In this document: one piece after another, positions 18,069 to 30,000 of the stretch
Numbering within the stretch: position 1 is the first letter of the stretch
Layout: every line of letters begins with the position of its first letter
Program-made: the position numbers and the translations under genes
From: a virus
Taxonomy: Duplodnaviria > Caudoviricetes
Length of the DNA stretch: 55,309 bases
Strand: one strand, 5' to 3'
Virus record (IMG/VR): IMGVR_UViG_3300044518_000003
Location: 1 to 55,309 of that record
The notes under the pieces: model-generated
Told to the model about the DNA's origin: nothing
Databases searched by the model: none
The model's input: the letters and a program-made list of their open reading frames with translations, nothing else

Positions 18069-18833
18069 ATGAGCGAAGTATTGGAAGATGACGTCCAGCA
18101 GTTGGGCGAAGTCAATGACCAGCTGGTCCTGGTCGCGGGTTACTCCGGTGAAGGCAAGAGTGCATCGCTGCGTCACATCGAAAACCAGGAGCGCTGGGTC
18201 TACCTGAACTGTGAGGCCGGCAAGCGTCTGCCCTTCAAAAACCAGTTCAACAACGTGCGGATCACCGATCCGTATGAAGTCTGGGGCTACTTCGACGAGG
18301 CCACGGCGAACAAGGAGCATGTGGACGGGATCATCATCGATTCCATCACGTTCCTGCTCGACATGTTCGAGTCGCTCTACATCAACGGCGCGGCCAACGG
18401 CCAGAAGGCATGGGGCGACTTTGCCCAGTTCTTCAAGGTGCTGATGCAGCAGAAGGTCACGCTGTTCGGCAAGCCGGTGATCATCATCGCTCACTTGCTC
18501 GACGTCTACGACGAAGCCAGCCAGTCGATGAAGACCACTGTGCCGGTCAAGGGCTCGCTGAAGAACAATGGCATCGAGGCGTATTTCTCGACTGTCATCG
18601 CTGCCCGAAAGATCCCGCTCAAGGAGCTGGAGAAGTTCGGCAGCAAACTCCTCGAGATCACCGAGGAAGAGCAGGAACTGGGATACAAGCATGTGTTCCA
18701 GACCCGCATCACGAAGAACACCACCGGCATGCGCATCCGCAGTCCGATGGGCATGTTCGCAAAGGCAGAGACTTACATCGACAACGACTGCCAGAAGTTG
18801 CTGCACCACCTGAACGAGTTCTACGCTAACTGA
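18069..18833 (+). CDS. AAA/Sak4-like ATPase (N4 gp44-like)
   Basis: Walker A GYSGEGKS, Walker B IIIDS, RIRSPMGMF. Confidence 0.9.
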   Translation: MSEVLEDDVQQLGEVNDQLVLVAGYSGEGKSASLRHIENQERWVYLNCEAGKRLPFKNQFNNVRITDPYEVWGYFDEATANKEHVDGIIIDSITFLLDMFESLYINGAANGQKAWGDFAQFFKVLMQQKVTLFGKPVIIIAHLLDVYDEASQSMKTTVPVKGSLKNNGIEAYFSTVIAARKIPLKELEKFGSKLLEITEEEQELGYKHVFQTRITKNTTGMRIRSPMGMFAKAETYIDNDCQKLLHHLNEFYAN

Positions 18834-18901
18834 TCGGTCAACCCCCGTAAGCCAACAAAGAACCCGAAACCTTTTTAGTACACCTACAGAGAAAACACAT
18901 C

Positions 18902-19669
18902 ATGAGCATGTTCGGAAATATGACCTCCTCGGGCCTCGAAGAAGCACAGGACCGTCTGGGCGGCAACTTCGGCGCAATCGAATCCGACGTCTACCTGTTC
19001 ACGATCGCGGCGTTCTACGCCGGCAAGTCGCCCAAGGGCGCGCAGTTCATGCAGCTTATCGCCAAGCAGGGCGATCGCGAGTACCGCGAGCAGATCTATT
19101 TCACCAACAAGAAGGGTGAAAACTGGTTCCCCAACAAGGACGACAAGACGAAGAAGGTGCCACTCCCGGGCTTCACGACCGTGGACGATATCTGCCTGAT
19201 CACGACCGGCAAGCCGCTGTGCGAGCAGGTCACGGAAGAAAAGACCGTCAAGGTCTACGACGCCGACGCGAAGAAGGAACTGCCCAAGGCCGTGCCGATG
19301 CTCACCGACGTCGTGGGCCAGCAGATCAAGCTCGGCGTCCTGAAGCAGATCGTCAACAAGAACGTGAAGAACGAATCGACCGGCGAGTACGAGGCGACCG
19401 CCGAATCGCGTGAAGAAAACGTCACGGACAAGGTGTTCCACCCGGAATTCAACTTCACGGTCGTCGAAGCGAAGGCCGAAGCCACGGAACCGCAATTCCT
19501 CGGCGGCTGGCTCGAACGCAACAAGGGCAAGACCCGCGACAAGCGCTCGATCAAGGAAGGCGAAGCCGGTGCCGCTGGTGCGCCCCCGAAGGCAGCAGCC
19601 CGTGCAGGTGCGGCCCCCGCTCCGGCAGCCGGCGCAGCTCCGCGCAAGTCGCTGTTCGGCCCGAAGTAA
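18902..19669 (+). CDS. ssb: N4-type single-stranded DNA-binding protein / late transcription activator (gp45-like)
   Basis: DRLGG, YREQIYFT, LPGF, REENVTDKVFH; Ala/Pro linker and terminal KSLFG; synteny. Confidence 0.9.
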   Translation: MSMFGNMTSSGLEEAQDRLGGNFGAIESDVYLFTIAAFYAGKSPKGAQFMQLIAKQGDREYREQIYFTNKKGENWFPNKDDKTKKVPLPGFTTVDDICLITTGKPLCEQVTEEKTVKVYDADAKKELPKAVPMLTDVVGQQIKLGVLKQIVNKNVKNESTGEYEATAESREENVTDKVFHPEFNFTVVEAKAEATEPQFLGGWLERNKGKTRDKRSIKEGEAGAAGAPPKAAARAGAAPAPAAGAAPRKSLFGPK

Positions 19670-19683
19670 CCAGGATCTGAATC

Positions 19684-20265
19684 ATGCAGATCCCGGTCGT
19701 CGGTATGGATCCCAGTTTCCGTAACTGGGGTATCGCATCCGGCACGCTCGATCTGGACACTGGCGTCCTGTCTACCCCTCACCTCGCTGTCGTAAAGACC
19801 GGCGAGGAGCCAAAGGGGAAACAGGTTCGCCAGAACTCCTACGATCTCGAAGCGGCCGAGACACTGGCAAAGGCAGTCACGCCCGTTGCCCAGTATGCGA
19901 AGGTGGTCTTCGTTGAAGTCCCGCACGGTGCGCAGTCTGCGTCCGGAGCCAAGGGAAACGGAGTGGTCTACGGCATCCTTGGCTCATTGCGAGCCCGGGG
20001 CATCCAGATCATCGAGGTCACGGAAGCTGAGTCCAAGAAGCTCTTCGCCGGCAAGCGAACAGCGACCAAGGACGACATGATCCGTGCCGCCGTTGAGTTC
20101 TACCCGAATGCCAACTGGCCCCGCCAGGATAAGAACGGGGCGAAGTTCCAGAAGGGTGACATCAAGAACGAAGCCGAACACATGGCCGACGCCATCGCAG
20201 CAATTCACGCCGGGGTGCATACCCCGATGTTTCAAAATCTCATGCGACTATTCGCAAAGGTATGA
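19684..20265 (+). CDS. RuvC-like Holliday junction resolvase (N4 gp46-like)
   Basis: VVGMDPSFRNWG, VFVEVP, ATKDDM, HMADAIAAI acidic motifs. Confidence 0.88.
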   Translation: MQIPVVGMDPSFRNWGIASGTLDLDTGVLSTPHLAVVKTGEEPKGKQVRQNSYDLEAAETLAKAVTPVAQYAKVVFVEVPHGAQSASGAKGNGVVYGILGSLRARGIQIIEVTEAESKKLFAGKRTATKDDMIRAAVEFYPNANWPRQDKNGAKFQKGDIKNEAEHMADAIAAIHAGVHTPMFQNLMRLFAKV

Positions 20266-20810
20266 AAATGCAGATCATCATCGTCCAGTCCGAGATCGAA
20301 CAGGCCATCCGCAACCACATCAACAGCCTGCTCAACGTCAAGGACGGCAACCGCATCGAGATCCAACTCTCGGCCACCCGTGGCGAAGACGGCTTCAAGG
20401 CCACGATCGATATCGTCGCTGACGACGCAGCGCCGGCAGCCAACCCGGCACCGGTCGTGAAGGCTGAAGCCGTGCAGACCGCCTCGCGTGCAACGGCACC
20501 GGCGCCTGTCGTCAAGCAGGCCGTGCAGCCGGCAGCCACCCAGGTGGAAGCTCCCGCAAAGGAAGCATCCCAGGCATCGGCAGAATCGACCGCTGGTGCC
20601 AGTGCGGAGGAGGCTGGGACTGCCCAGAGTGCTGGGGCTGACGGCGCGGGAAACGCTTCGCCGGAATCTGCTTCGGACGCTGGTGCGACGGCTGCTGCAG
20701 CCGCCCCCGAGCAAACTGCCGAGGCTGAAGCCGCACCCGCAGCAGACGCACCCAAGCCCCGCAGCCTCTTCGCAGGCCTGCAGAAGCCCGGCAACAAGGT
20801 GACCGCCTGA
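20262..20810 (+). CDS. Hypothetical protein with small N-terminal domain and Ala-rich tail (N4 gp47-like position)
   Basis: MQIIIVQSEIEQAI...ATRGEDG; low-complexity linker ending PRSLF. Confidence 0.85.
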   Translation: MKMQIIIVQSEIEQAIRNHINSLLNVKDGNRIEIQLSATRGEDGFKATIDIVADDAAPAANPAPVVKAEAVQTASRATAPAPVVKQAVQPAATQVEAPAKEASQASAESTAGASAEEAGTAQSAGADGAGNASPESASDAGATAAAAAPEQTAEAEAAPAADAPKPRSLFAGLQKPGNKVTA

Positions 20811-20811
20811 C

Positions 20812-20985
20812 ATGCGTAACACGATCCTCTTCCTGGGGATCGTCATCGGCATCGTCATTGCGCTCGCTGCCGTGGTGATCTCCCACTACCTCGCCGCGAT
20901 CGTCCTGATCCTCGGCGGTCTGATAGCTATCGGCAGCAGAGCAGACCCTCCTTCGGGAGGGGGCGGCCCGCCTGCTGTGCCATAA
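20812..20985 (+). CDS. Small membrane protein (57 aa, two predicted TM segments)
   Basis: Manual translation MRNTILFLGIVIGIVIALAAVVISHYLAAIVLILGGLIAIGSRADPPSGGGGPPAVP; AAGGTG upstream. Confidence 0.65.
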   Translation: MRNTILFLGIVIGIVIALAAVVISHYLAAIVLILGGLIAIGSRADPPSGGGGPPAVP

Positions 20986-21034
20986 TGCAGTTTCCAAAAG
21001 GGAAGTCGAGAGCCCGAAAGGAAAGTAGCAAAGC

Positions 21035-21064
21035 AAAAACCCCCGGAGAGATCCGGGGGTTTTT
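21035..21064. terminator. Bidirectional Rho-independent terminator between convergent middle and late blocks
   Basis: Perfect AAAAACCCCCGGA-GAGA-TCCGGGGGTTTTT. Confidence 0.92.
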
Positions 21065-21070
21065 CATTTC

Positions 21071-24000
21071 TTAAAACAGGTGCAGCAGCGGATCGATGAT
21101 CGGCGCACCCACCAGCTCACCCAACCCGATACTCGGCCCGATGCGTCCTTCCACCGCCTGGGTCATGAAGTTGTCGGAGATGGCCGAGCCAACGGTGCCG
21201 AAGAGACTCGGTGCCGGCGTGAGGCCTGCCACCAGCGCATGGAACGGATTCTGGCGGATGGTGGACATGGCGACCTGGGCTGCCCGGATCTTGTAGTTGT
21301 AGAACCAGGCCATGCCCATGTTCTCCATGTAGCTACGGAACCGGCCACGCAGACGGACGTGGTTCGTGAAGGTCTGAGCCAGCATGTCCATGGCCTGCTC
21401 GTGATTCATCCCCTGGCGGCGCATCAGATCGTCGTAATACACCGCCTTGGACAGGAACACGCTGTAGTCCAGTGCCTTCTCGATACCCTGATAGAGCGCC
21501 GTGTCCTTGGTGAGCAGCGCATAGCGGCCCGCCGTCTTCATCGCACCCGGCAGCTTGTTCACGAGACTATCGACCCAGGAATAGAGCTTCCCGCTCGTGA
21601 GCTCGACGTCTTCGTGCGTGGCATGGCCACCCGTGACCGAGCTGAACTGACCGGCTTCGAGCAGCGGCCAGATCGACAGACGCTTGTGGCTGTCCGTGAT
21701 GGCCTGGATCTCAGCCTGCAGCTTGATGATCGCCGGACGGTCATTGCGGCCCTGTGCTGCACGCAGCTCGACGCCGGCTTCGATGCGTCGCACTTCCGAC
21801 TTCACGAAGGCCTGCACTTCTGCCGTCTTGCGAGGGAAGCCCGTCACGATCGACTTGACCGGCACACCACGGCTGATCATCTGGTAGGTGTCCGAGATCA
21901 TGTTCGAGAATGGCACCACCAGCGACTTGATCAGGATGTTGCCCCGCACGTCGCTCACCAGGTTCTGCCACTTCTGTTCCGCCTTCGTCATGTAGACGAA
22001 TGCCTTGTTACCGAACACCGACATGGCAATCTGGCGCACCTGTGCCTGCGTCTCGTCACTCCAGCGGGAGACGCCCGTCCAGGGATCACCCACCGATGCC
22101 TTACGCACGCCGGCCACGTCCGTCACCAGCTCACGGCGAACCCAGAACTGATTCTTGCCGAACTGCTCCTCGAGCAGCGACTTCACCTGGGGCGTGATGA
22201 GCTTCATCGCATCGGCCAGCACCGGATCCTTGGCCTGTTCGGCAGCCGAGAACAGGTTCACGTACTGCGACTGGTTGGTCGGATCCTTCTTCAGGTCTTC
22301 CGCGTACATGTCACCGAGGCGACCCACCACCTCGTTGTTGTACTGCTTGGCCTGGAATTCTTCGACCTGGCGGCCCTGCCACACGCCGAGCATCTTGTGC
22401 AGACGCGTGTCGTTCTCGACCTTGGCTGCGAGTGCCGGATCCAGGGAACGCTCGTAGGCCACGACCTCGCCGCGCTGATTGAAGACCGGCATCAGGTGTT
22501 CCGTGGCACCCTTCTCATAGCCGCTGCGGATCATCTCCGTAGCCTGTGCCACCTTCTTGGCTCCAACGATGCGGCCAGCGGTCATGCCAAGCGTGCGACC
22601 GTTGACCACATCGACGCCACCCGCCGACTGGCGAATGTTCTGCATCAGACCTTGCTCGTAGGGGGCACGGCCCGACACCGGCAGGTAGTAGTAGCCCCGG
22701 CCCGTCTTGCCATGTTCCGCCGAGCTGCCCTGGTAGTCGGCCATGCGCGAATATCCCATGCCCGTGAGACGACCGTGCTCTGCATCGTCGGCCACGACCA
22801 GATGCGAGCCCGGATCCTGCAGGGTCGGTACGAAGCCCTTGTAGTGATTGAACATCGCCATGGGCGACTCCATCGCCTTGGACTGCTCATCACGATACTG
22901 GCCCTGCAGGGAGGACAGCACGAACTGCATGCCATCCGACTCCTTGGCCATCAGCTCCGAGAGTGCCTGACGATCGGATTCAGCCACATGCCCGTAGGCA
23001 TAGTGGGTCACCAGCTGGTCGAGTGCCTTCACGAGATCGCCACGGTCACCCTTGAACGGCTTGGCCGCCTTCTCATTGAAGAGGGAGGCAATCGCCGTGG
23101 CATTGCGCAGCAGGTTCGAGCTCGTCTTGCCATTCATCATGTAGTCGGCCAGCTGATCCGACTTCTTCAGCAGGAGCTTGGCGTTGGCCGGGTCGATCTG
23201 ATGGATGGCTTCTTCGAGAGCCGCCGTCTTGTCCTTGAGCGTCTCCGGGTTGCGCATGAGATCGAGCGCATCCTTCTGAGCCAGGGAAGCGAGTTCAGCA
23301 CGGCCCATGGCACGGTGCATCATGCTCCAGGTCTCATCGGACGGCGCTTCGCTGAACTTGCCGGCGATCGTCTCGGGCACCACGTCACGGAACTCCTGAC
23401 GAACACGGTGCACCCAGGCATGGATGGTGCTGATCATGTCGAAGAGCGGTGCATTGGACTTCGTGCGGCCGATCGCATCCCGGGCCAGCTCACGGAACGG
23501 GCGAGCATTGTCCCCCTGGTTCAGGAACTTCAGGAACCCGTCGCTGACGTGACCGGCATGGTCCTGGGAAACGAAGGCCGCCAGAATCCGCGTGCTCGAG
23601 GCGAGCGCCTCCGTGAACCGGTTGCCGAACTTGTCATGCAGCGCCTCGGCACCCTTGACCACGGCATCCGCTCCATCGTTCATGACCGACACCAGTTTGG
23701 CGTTCAGGCCATCGCTGGCGCTGCCCGTCTTGTCGAGGAACGTGTCCGCAAACGATTCACGGTTCTGGGCGATCCCATTGAAATGCTTCGACAGGGCATC
23801 CATCGAGGCACGCACATCATCGGACTGGCCCACACCGGAGATGCGACGCGTGAACGAGTCCATGATCCGACCCGTCACATTCTCGATCGTGCGATCCGGC
23901 AGGTTGTCCGCGTGCGACTTCTCCAGCGCCGGCAGCTTCATGCCATCAAGCGCCTGCTGGAATGGCTCGTGCGTCATGTAGAGAGCCAGGAAGGCCGGCA

Positions 24001-27000
24001 ACAGCGTCGAGCGCTTCTGGGCATCCATGCGCTCGTAGTCATTGCCGAGCAGTGCGTTCAGGCGCTCCTGACCATAGCCACGCTCACGTTCCCACAGTGC
24101 CGAGCTCGTGTCCGTGCCTGCCGCCTGCTTGTCCATCAGCATTTCCGGCGTGAGCTGCTTGGAGACCGTGGACCAGATCTTCTGGGCTTCGGCCATCACA
24201 TTCGGATCGAACCGGGCTTCGGTAGCCAGTGCCGCCACGACCTTGCTGAAAGTCGTCTGCTCCTGCAGCGTCATCGGGAAGCGCGTGGCGAAATGGAGTG
24301 CCACTTCCGCACCGGCATCGACCGCATCGGTGGCCTGCGAGAGGCGACGGGCAAACTCGACGGTGGGCGACGGCACTTCCTTCAACCAATCCGTGACTGC
24401 ACGGTCGAAGGCTTGGTCCTTCTGCGTGAGGTCGTCGCTGTGGCCGTAGGCCGCCGACTGCATCATCGTGGTGTCGTGCATCACGTCCTGCATCGTCGGC
24501 TGGCTGCGCACGACCAGCGAGGCATTGAACATGAGGTTGCTGAACATGTCATTGCCCGGATCCTGCGGCGCAACCTTCTTGCCCCACACGATCTGCTTGA
24601 GGAAGTCGATCGCCTGCTGGGCCAGACGAACCAGGGGATTGGCTTCCGTGCGCTGCTGCAGACGCGTGAGTTGCTGATTCGACAGCGCCCACGCCATGAA
24701 CTCGTTGAGACCCTGAGCCTTCTGGGTTGCCGTGTCCAGCGTCGAATCGTTCAGGCGCCCGAGGATCGCAGCCTTCGCATTGGCGAAAGCACGCTGCAGA
24801 CGCGGCGTGCCACGCTCCACCTGGTCACCGAGCGAGAGGAACTGGGCCTGCAGCTTCTCCATGTTCTGGATCGCGCCGGCGATGATCTCGTGATTCGCTC
24901 CGAGGTGCTCACCCGCGTAGTAGGCCTGTACCGTCTTCATGGTGGCCGCGTGGACCAGCTCGTGCGTGAGCGTCTCGGACGAGGGAGAAACCATCCAGAT
25001 CTGTCCGGTGCCATCCTGCCCGATGCGCGTAAAGCCAGAGATCTTCGGATCAGTCAGCAGGGTGGCATCGACTGCGCCGCCCAGATCCCGGTTATGCGCG
25101 AGCAGTTGTTCACGGGTGCCGTAGATCACCCGGAAGCCTGCAGCCGCCAGCGACTTCTGGATCTGGTTGATGAGGTCGGCCTGAGTCTTCGGGATCTTCA
25201 GCTTGAGCTGCTGGGTGAGCTTGCCCAGTGCCGTCATCGACAGATCACGCGCACCCGAGGGCGTGGCCGTGCCAGCCGCAGCCAGTTCCGGCGAGATGTT
25301 CTCACGCGGCTTTTCTGGAGCTTCCTCTTGGAGCTTCTCCAGCTTGTCGAAGTAGATCTCCGACAGACGGGTAGCCTGCTCTTCCGGCGTGCCATCAACA
25401 GCTTCCCGATCCTGGATCTGATGCGGTGCCGAGGCGGCCGCCATCTGGTCGGTCGAGGTGTTCACCGTGTCGAGGGTCTGCTGACGGGCCGTGACTTCAC
25501 GCGCACCATCATCGAGCTGCTGCGAGAGCTCGCCCATGTAGCTGCGCACGGCGTCGAGCGGATAGTCACCGGCCTTTTCACCCGGGCCGAAGAGTGCACG
25601 GACCAGTGCGGAGTGGGCTTGGCTGCCCTCCTCGATGCCGCCGATCGGATCGTTCTTCAGGAAGTCGCTGAAGGACGTGTGCACGTCACGCAGCGGGTTG
25701 CCGTGCAGCGTGTTCCACACCGACTCGTTGGCCTGCTCGGAACCCAGGTCGATCTTGTCCAGCGGCATGTTCATGCCGTCGAAGATCTTCAGCGTGCCGG
25801 TGATCGCATTCTTCATGGTCGAGATGAGCTGCATCATCTTGCCATCGCCCATACCGATGTTCAGCGAGGCGAGCGCCTTCACACCGATGTTGGTCGGCTG
25901 CTCCAGCTTGGCCTGCACACGGTTATTGTCATCGAGTGCAGCAGCAAACTCTACCGGCGAACGCTTCTTCGCACCCGGCTTGCCTTCGGTAAGCAACGTC
26001 TTCAGCGTCGAGCCAATGGAGAAAGTCTGGCCCGGTGCATGAACGACCGGGGCCAGGTGTTTCAGGGACGCCGTAATCTGGTTGAGCTCGTCCTGCGACA
26101 GGTACTCACCCTTCGCATAGTCGCCCGAGGCCTGCTTCTTCGCGAGTGCTGCATCGACTGCCTTGCGGTAATACTCGGCATTGACGATCGACTGGGCCTG
26201 CGTTGCCTGACGAACCAGGTCGAAGGACTCCATGAGGGAGTCTCCGATCACGTTCTCGATCGACTGACGCAGCGGTTCGACGAACAGCGTCTTGATGTTC
26301 TCATGCAGAGCGCCAATCTCTTTCGAGTTGAGCTCGTAGTCCTGCGGCGTAGTGCTCTTGTTGTCCGGCAGAGCCTGGTCCTTGTAGACCTTCTCACCAT
26401 CTTCGATGGACCAGACCCGACCCGTCAGCGACTGCATGGCATCCTGGAAGATCTTCTGCTTGGCTGCATCGCCATTGAACAGATCTCCGAAACCGCGGTC
26501 ATGCACCGAAGCATCGGACATTTGCTGATAGATCTTGTCAGTGAGCATGCCAAGCAGCTTCGATGCGATACCAGCCTTACCCGCACCGTACAGCGTGGTG
26601 GTCATCGGGTTCTTGGCCACATCACGACCGAACTCAGGATCACCTGACTGGTCGTTGAAGTTGACGAACTTGTCACCCAGCATCAGGTTCATCAGCTTCA
26701 GGACGTGATCCAGGGATTCCCCATAGGCCTTGTCCTGCTCGCCGTCACCCAGACCATCGCGGATACGCTTGATGTTGGCGGCGAAGTCGTCCGACACCGC
26801 ACCGTACATGTCGATCGGACCATCGGTATTGGCCCGCTGCACAGTGGACGTGAGTGTCTTGTCCTTGGCTCCCTTGGGCTCAGTGCCGACATAGATGCCA
26901 CCCATCGCCACCTTGCGAAGGAACGATGCCGTGAAGTTGCCACGGGTGAAGAGCATCATGGCCATCAGCGGACCATTGGTCATGCCATCCGCTTCCAGGT

Positions 27001-30000
27001 ACATCTTGGTCTGGAATGCCTTGCGTTCTGCCTTGTCGGCATTCAGGTAGCGGGCATACTCGGTCAGCGCATGAAACTGCTGGAAGCTCGGGGATTCCGA
27101 CTTGAGCGATGCAGCAAGATCCGCACGCATCTGGGCCGTCATCTTCTCGCCATTCAGGTGAGCACGCAGCACATCGACAGCCGGCTTCAGCGGACCATCG
27201 AGCAGCGCCTGGGTCTTCTCGCGCATCAGGTCGAAGGGCATGTTGTGCACCTTGACACCGACTGCCTGACCGATACCCAGCATGAAGGCCTGCTTGTCAC
27301 GCTTCTTGCCGAGGTTCAGCTTGCTGTCAGTCGGCAGGATCGCTTCGCGCATGGCCTTGGAGGACTGCGGCGTGACAGCACCGACCTGCTGCATACGCCC
27401 CACCTTGCTCATGTTGTGGGGGAAGCGCACTTCCACGTCACCCAGCTTCACGCCAGTATCGTCGGCATGAGCACCCATCTGGGTCACCAGATCCTTGATG
27501 GCGTCGAAGGCCGAGGTGATCGACAGACGCTGGCCCTTCTTCGATTCCAGATCCTGCTTGTTCAGCTTCGACTCGTCGAACTGGCCGGGACCATAGGCAT
27601 CCACGAAGAAGTCCGTGCCCAGCTCGTCGTACAGACCCAGCACATGGAGGTTGGCCTTGTAGGGCGTGTCGCTCTCGTTCTCCAGCATGTGCACCTGCTC
27701 CGTCGAGTTCTCGACGGTCGGGTTGTTCATCTGCGTGCGGGGAATGTCCGGACGGGCGTCACCCAGGTAGTGCGACAGCTCCGGAGACGTGTTCACCACG
27801 CGCTCGATTGCATCCGGGAACGCACGGATCCCCTTGCCGAACTCCTCGAGCTTGGCCGGCTGGAGCACGGTCACGTCCTTCACGTTGCGACCTTCACCTT
27901 CACCCGCCTTCACGAACTCACCCGTGTCCATGTCGAAACGCTTCGACACTTCCTTAAGGAAGCCCGCCTTCTCCAGGTGTTCGACCAGCTCGGCAGCCAT
28001 GGCTTGCGGAATGCCCTGGGTGTAACTGATATCTTCCTTGCCGTTGCGAGCCAGGCCCCAGTAGGACAGGATCTTCGTGGCCAGATCGCCATAGGCCGTG
28101 TCCCGTGCCACACCGCTGCGCATGTGATTGAGCAGCGCAGAGGTCATGTTGTTGACGTCCATACCCAGTGCTTCGGCGGCATCCCGTTCATCCAGGTTGC
28201 CGTTGCGGCTACGCGAGGACATGACCCATTGCATGGCGGCGAGACCCGCCGACTCAGCCAGTCCCTGGTTCAGCTTGAAGCTGCCATCGGGCTGCTCTTC
28301 GACGAGGTTCAGCAGCTTGCCGGCACGCCAGCGCTGCGGGCTGATCTCACCCGACTTGAAGCCATCGAGCTTCGACTGGCCAGCCTTGTTCTCGCTGTTG
28401 AGGAAGTCGGCCACGCTGACATTGAGCGCCTTGACCATATTGGCCACGCCCTTGAACACCTGACGGTAGTCGCGGCGAGCCTGCTCATCGAGCGTGCGCT
28501 TGCCACTGTTCTTGCCAGCGGCCGCATTGAACGCTTCCTGTGTGGACAGGGATTCAGCCACCTTCGAGAGCGGCGACTCTTCACCCTGCAGGTTCGAGCG
28601 GCGGGTCTTCGGCAGCTTGAATGCCGAGAGGAACTTGTTGCCGGCCTTCGGCACGGCCAGGTTCGGATAGGACTTGGCCACACCTGCAGGCTCACCCTTG
28701 GCGGCTTCGCTGGCAGTGGGCATGGCCTTCTTCGCCTCAACCGGTGCTTCCGGTTCGGCAGCCGCAGCAGGTTCAGCAGCAGGCTTCTCGACCGGCGTAC
28801 TGTCGATAGCCTTCCCTTCCTGGGTCAGCTTGTCCTCCTCGGCCTTGACCTCGGCATCCGACTTCATAGGCTCTGCGGGCTTTTCAGCAACTTTTTGCTC
28901 AGGTTGCGCAACTTCTTCCACCGGCTTGGCTTCAGCCTTGGCCGGCGCTTCCTTGGAACCAGGAGCAGAAATAGGTGTCTCTGCATTGGCCCGACGATCG
29001 AGCTCGGCCCTGGCCTCCTGACGGAAAGCCTCCTGGCGCGTGTCGAAGTTCTCGTTCGTGCTCTGCTTGTCCAGACCCTTCACCAGACCCTTGAGCACAT
29101 CGGTCGGACGGGTCTTGACGATATCGCGCACGCTCGGACGCCATTCGTCTACCGACTTGCCATCAGCCTGCTTCAGCTCCGTGCGGTTGCCGGCCTCATC
29201 GACCGTACCCGGCACCTGACGCACACCGCTCTTGAACTCATCGGCAATATCCTTCGCCGTCGAGCCAGAGAGGAGAGGATGCAGATCCGTGTGTTCGATC
29301 GGCTTCGCACCCAGATCCGGATAAGCATCGGCCAGGTGGTTGTGCAGATCCGTGAGCATGCGAGCTTCGCCCGAGATGCGCTGAGCGAGATCGACCGAGT
29401 TCTGGCTGTGCGGCGTGATACCGATCGGCTGCGAGGTCTCGTCGTTGGTCAGGAAGAAGCCCTTGCCACGACCCGGAGTAGCAGCGATGCGGTGCACGGC
29501 ATTCTTCTCGCCGGTCTTGCCTTCATCGAGCAGACCGTTGAGCGTCGAAACCTTCTCCTGCTGGCTGCGGGCGAATGCACCGAGATCATCCAGACGCTGA
29601 CGTGCGAGATCCGTGTTGCCCGAGTCGTAGGCCTCACGCACACCCTTCGCATGGTCGAGGGCGGATTCCTTGCCTTCCATCTGGGTCTTGAGGGCCACGT
29701 CTGCGGCCACCTGCCCCGTGGACTTCGAACCATCCGCATTGGGTGCGATCCGGCCTTCAGCGGCCATCTGCTTCAGACCAGCCTGCTGCGCCTTGAGCAC
29801 ATCACCGACCGACTGGAGCGCTGCACGCTGCTTGTCCGTGAGCTCGATCTGGCCTGCCGCTTCCATCTTCAGGATGGTGTCAGCGACTTCCGGATGAACC
29901 TTCTCAGGAGCCAGAGTGGCCATGGCCGCCACGTTCTGAGCTGCTTGCTGGCCTTCGGGCGTCTTGGCCGATTCCTCGGTCACGTCACCCTGCTTGTCAG

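Noticed and set aside
20982-21034. Twister-like opening TAATGCAG
   Set aside because: Required P4 loop and pseudoknot partners are not identifiable; kept only as an unassigned structured region
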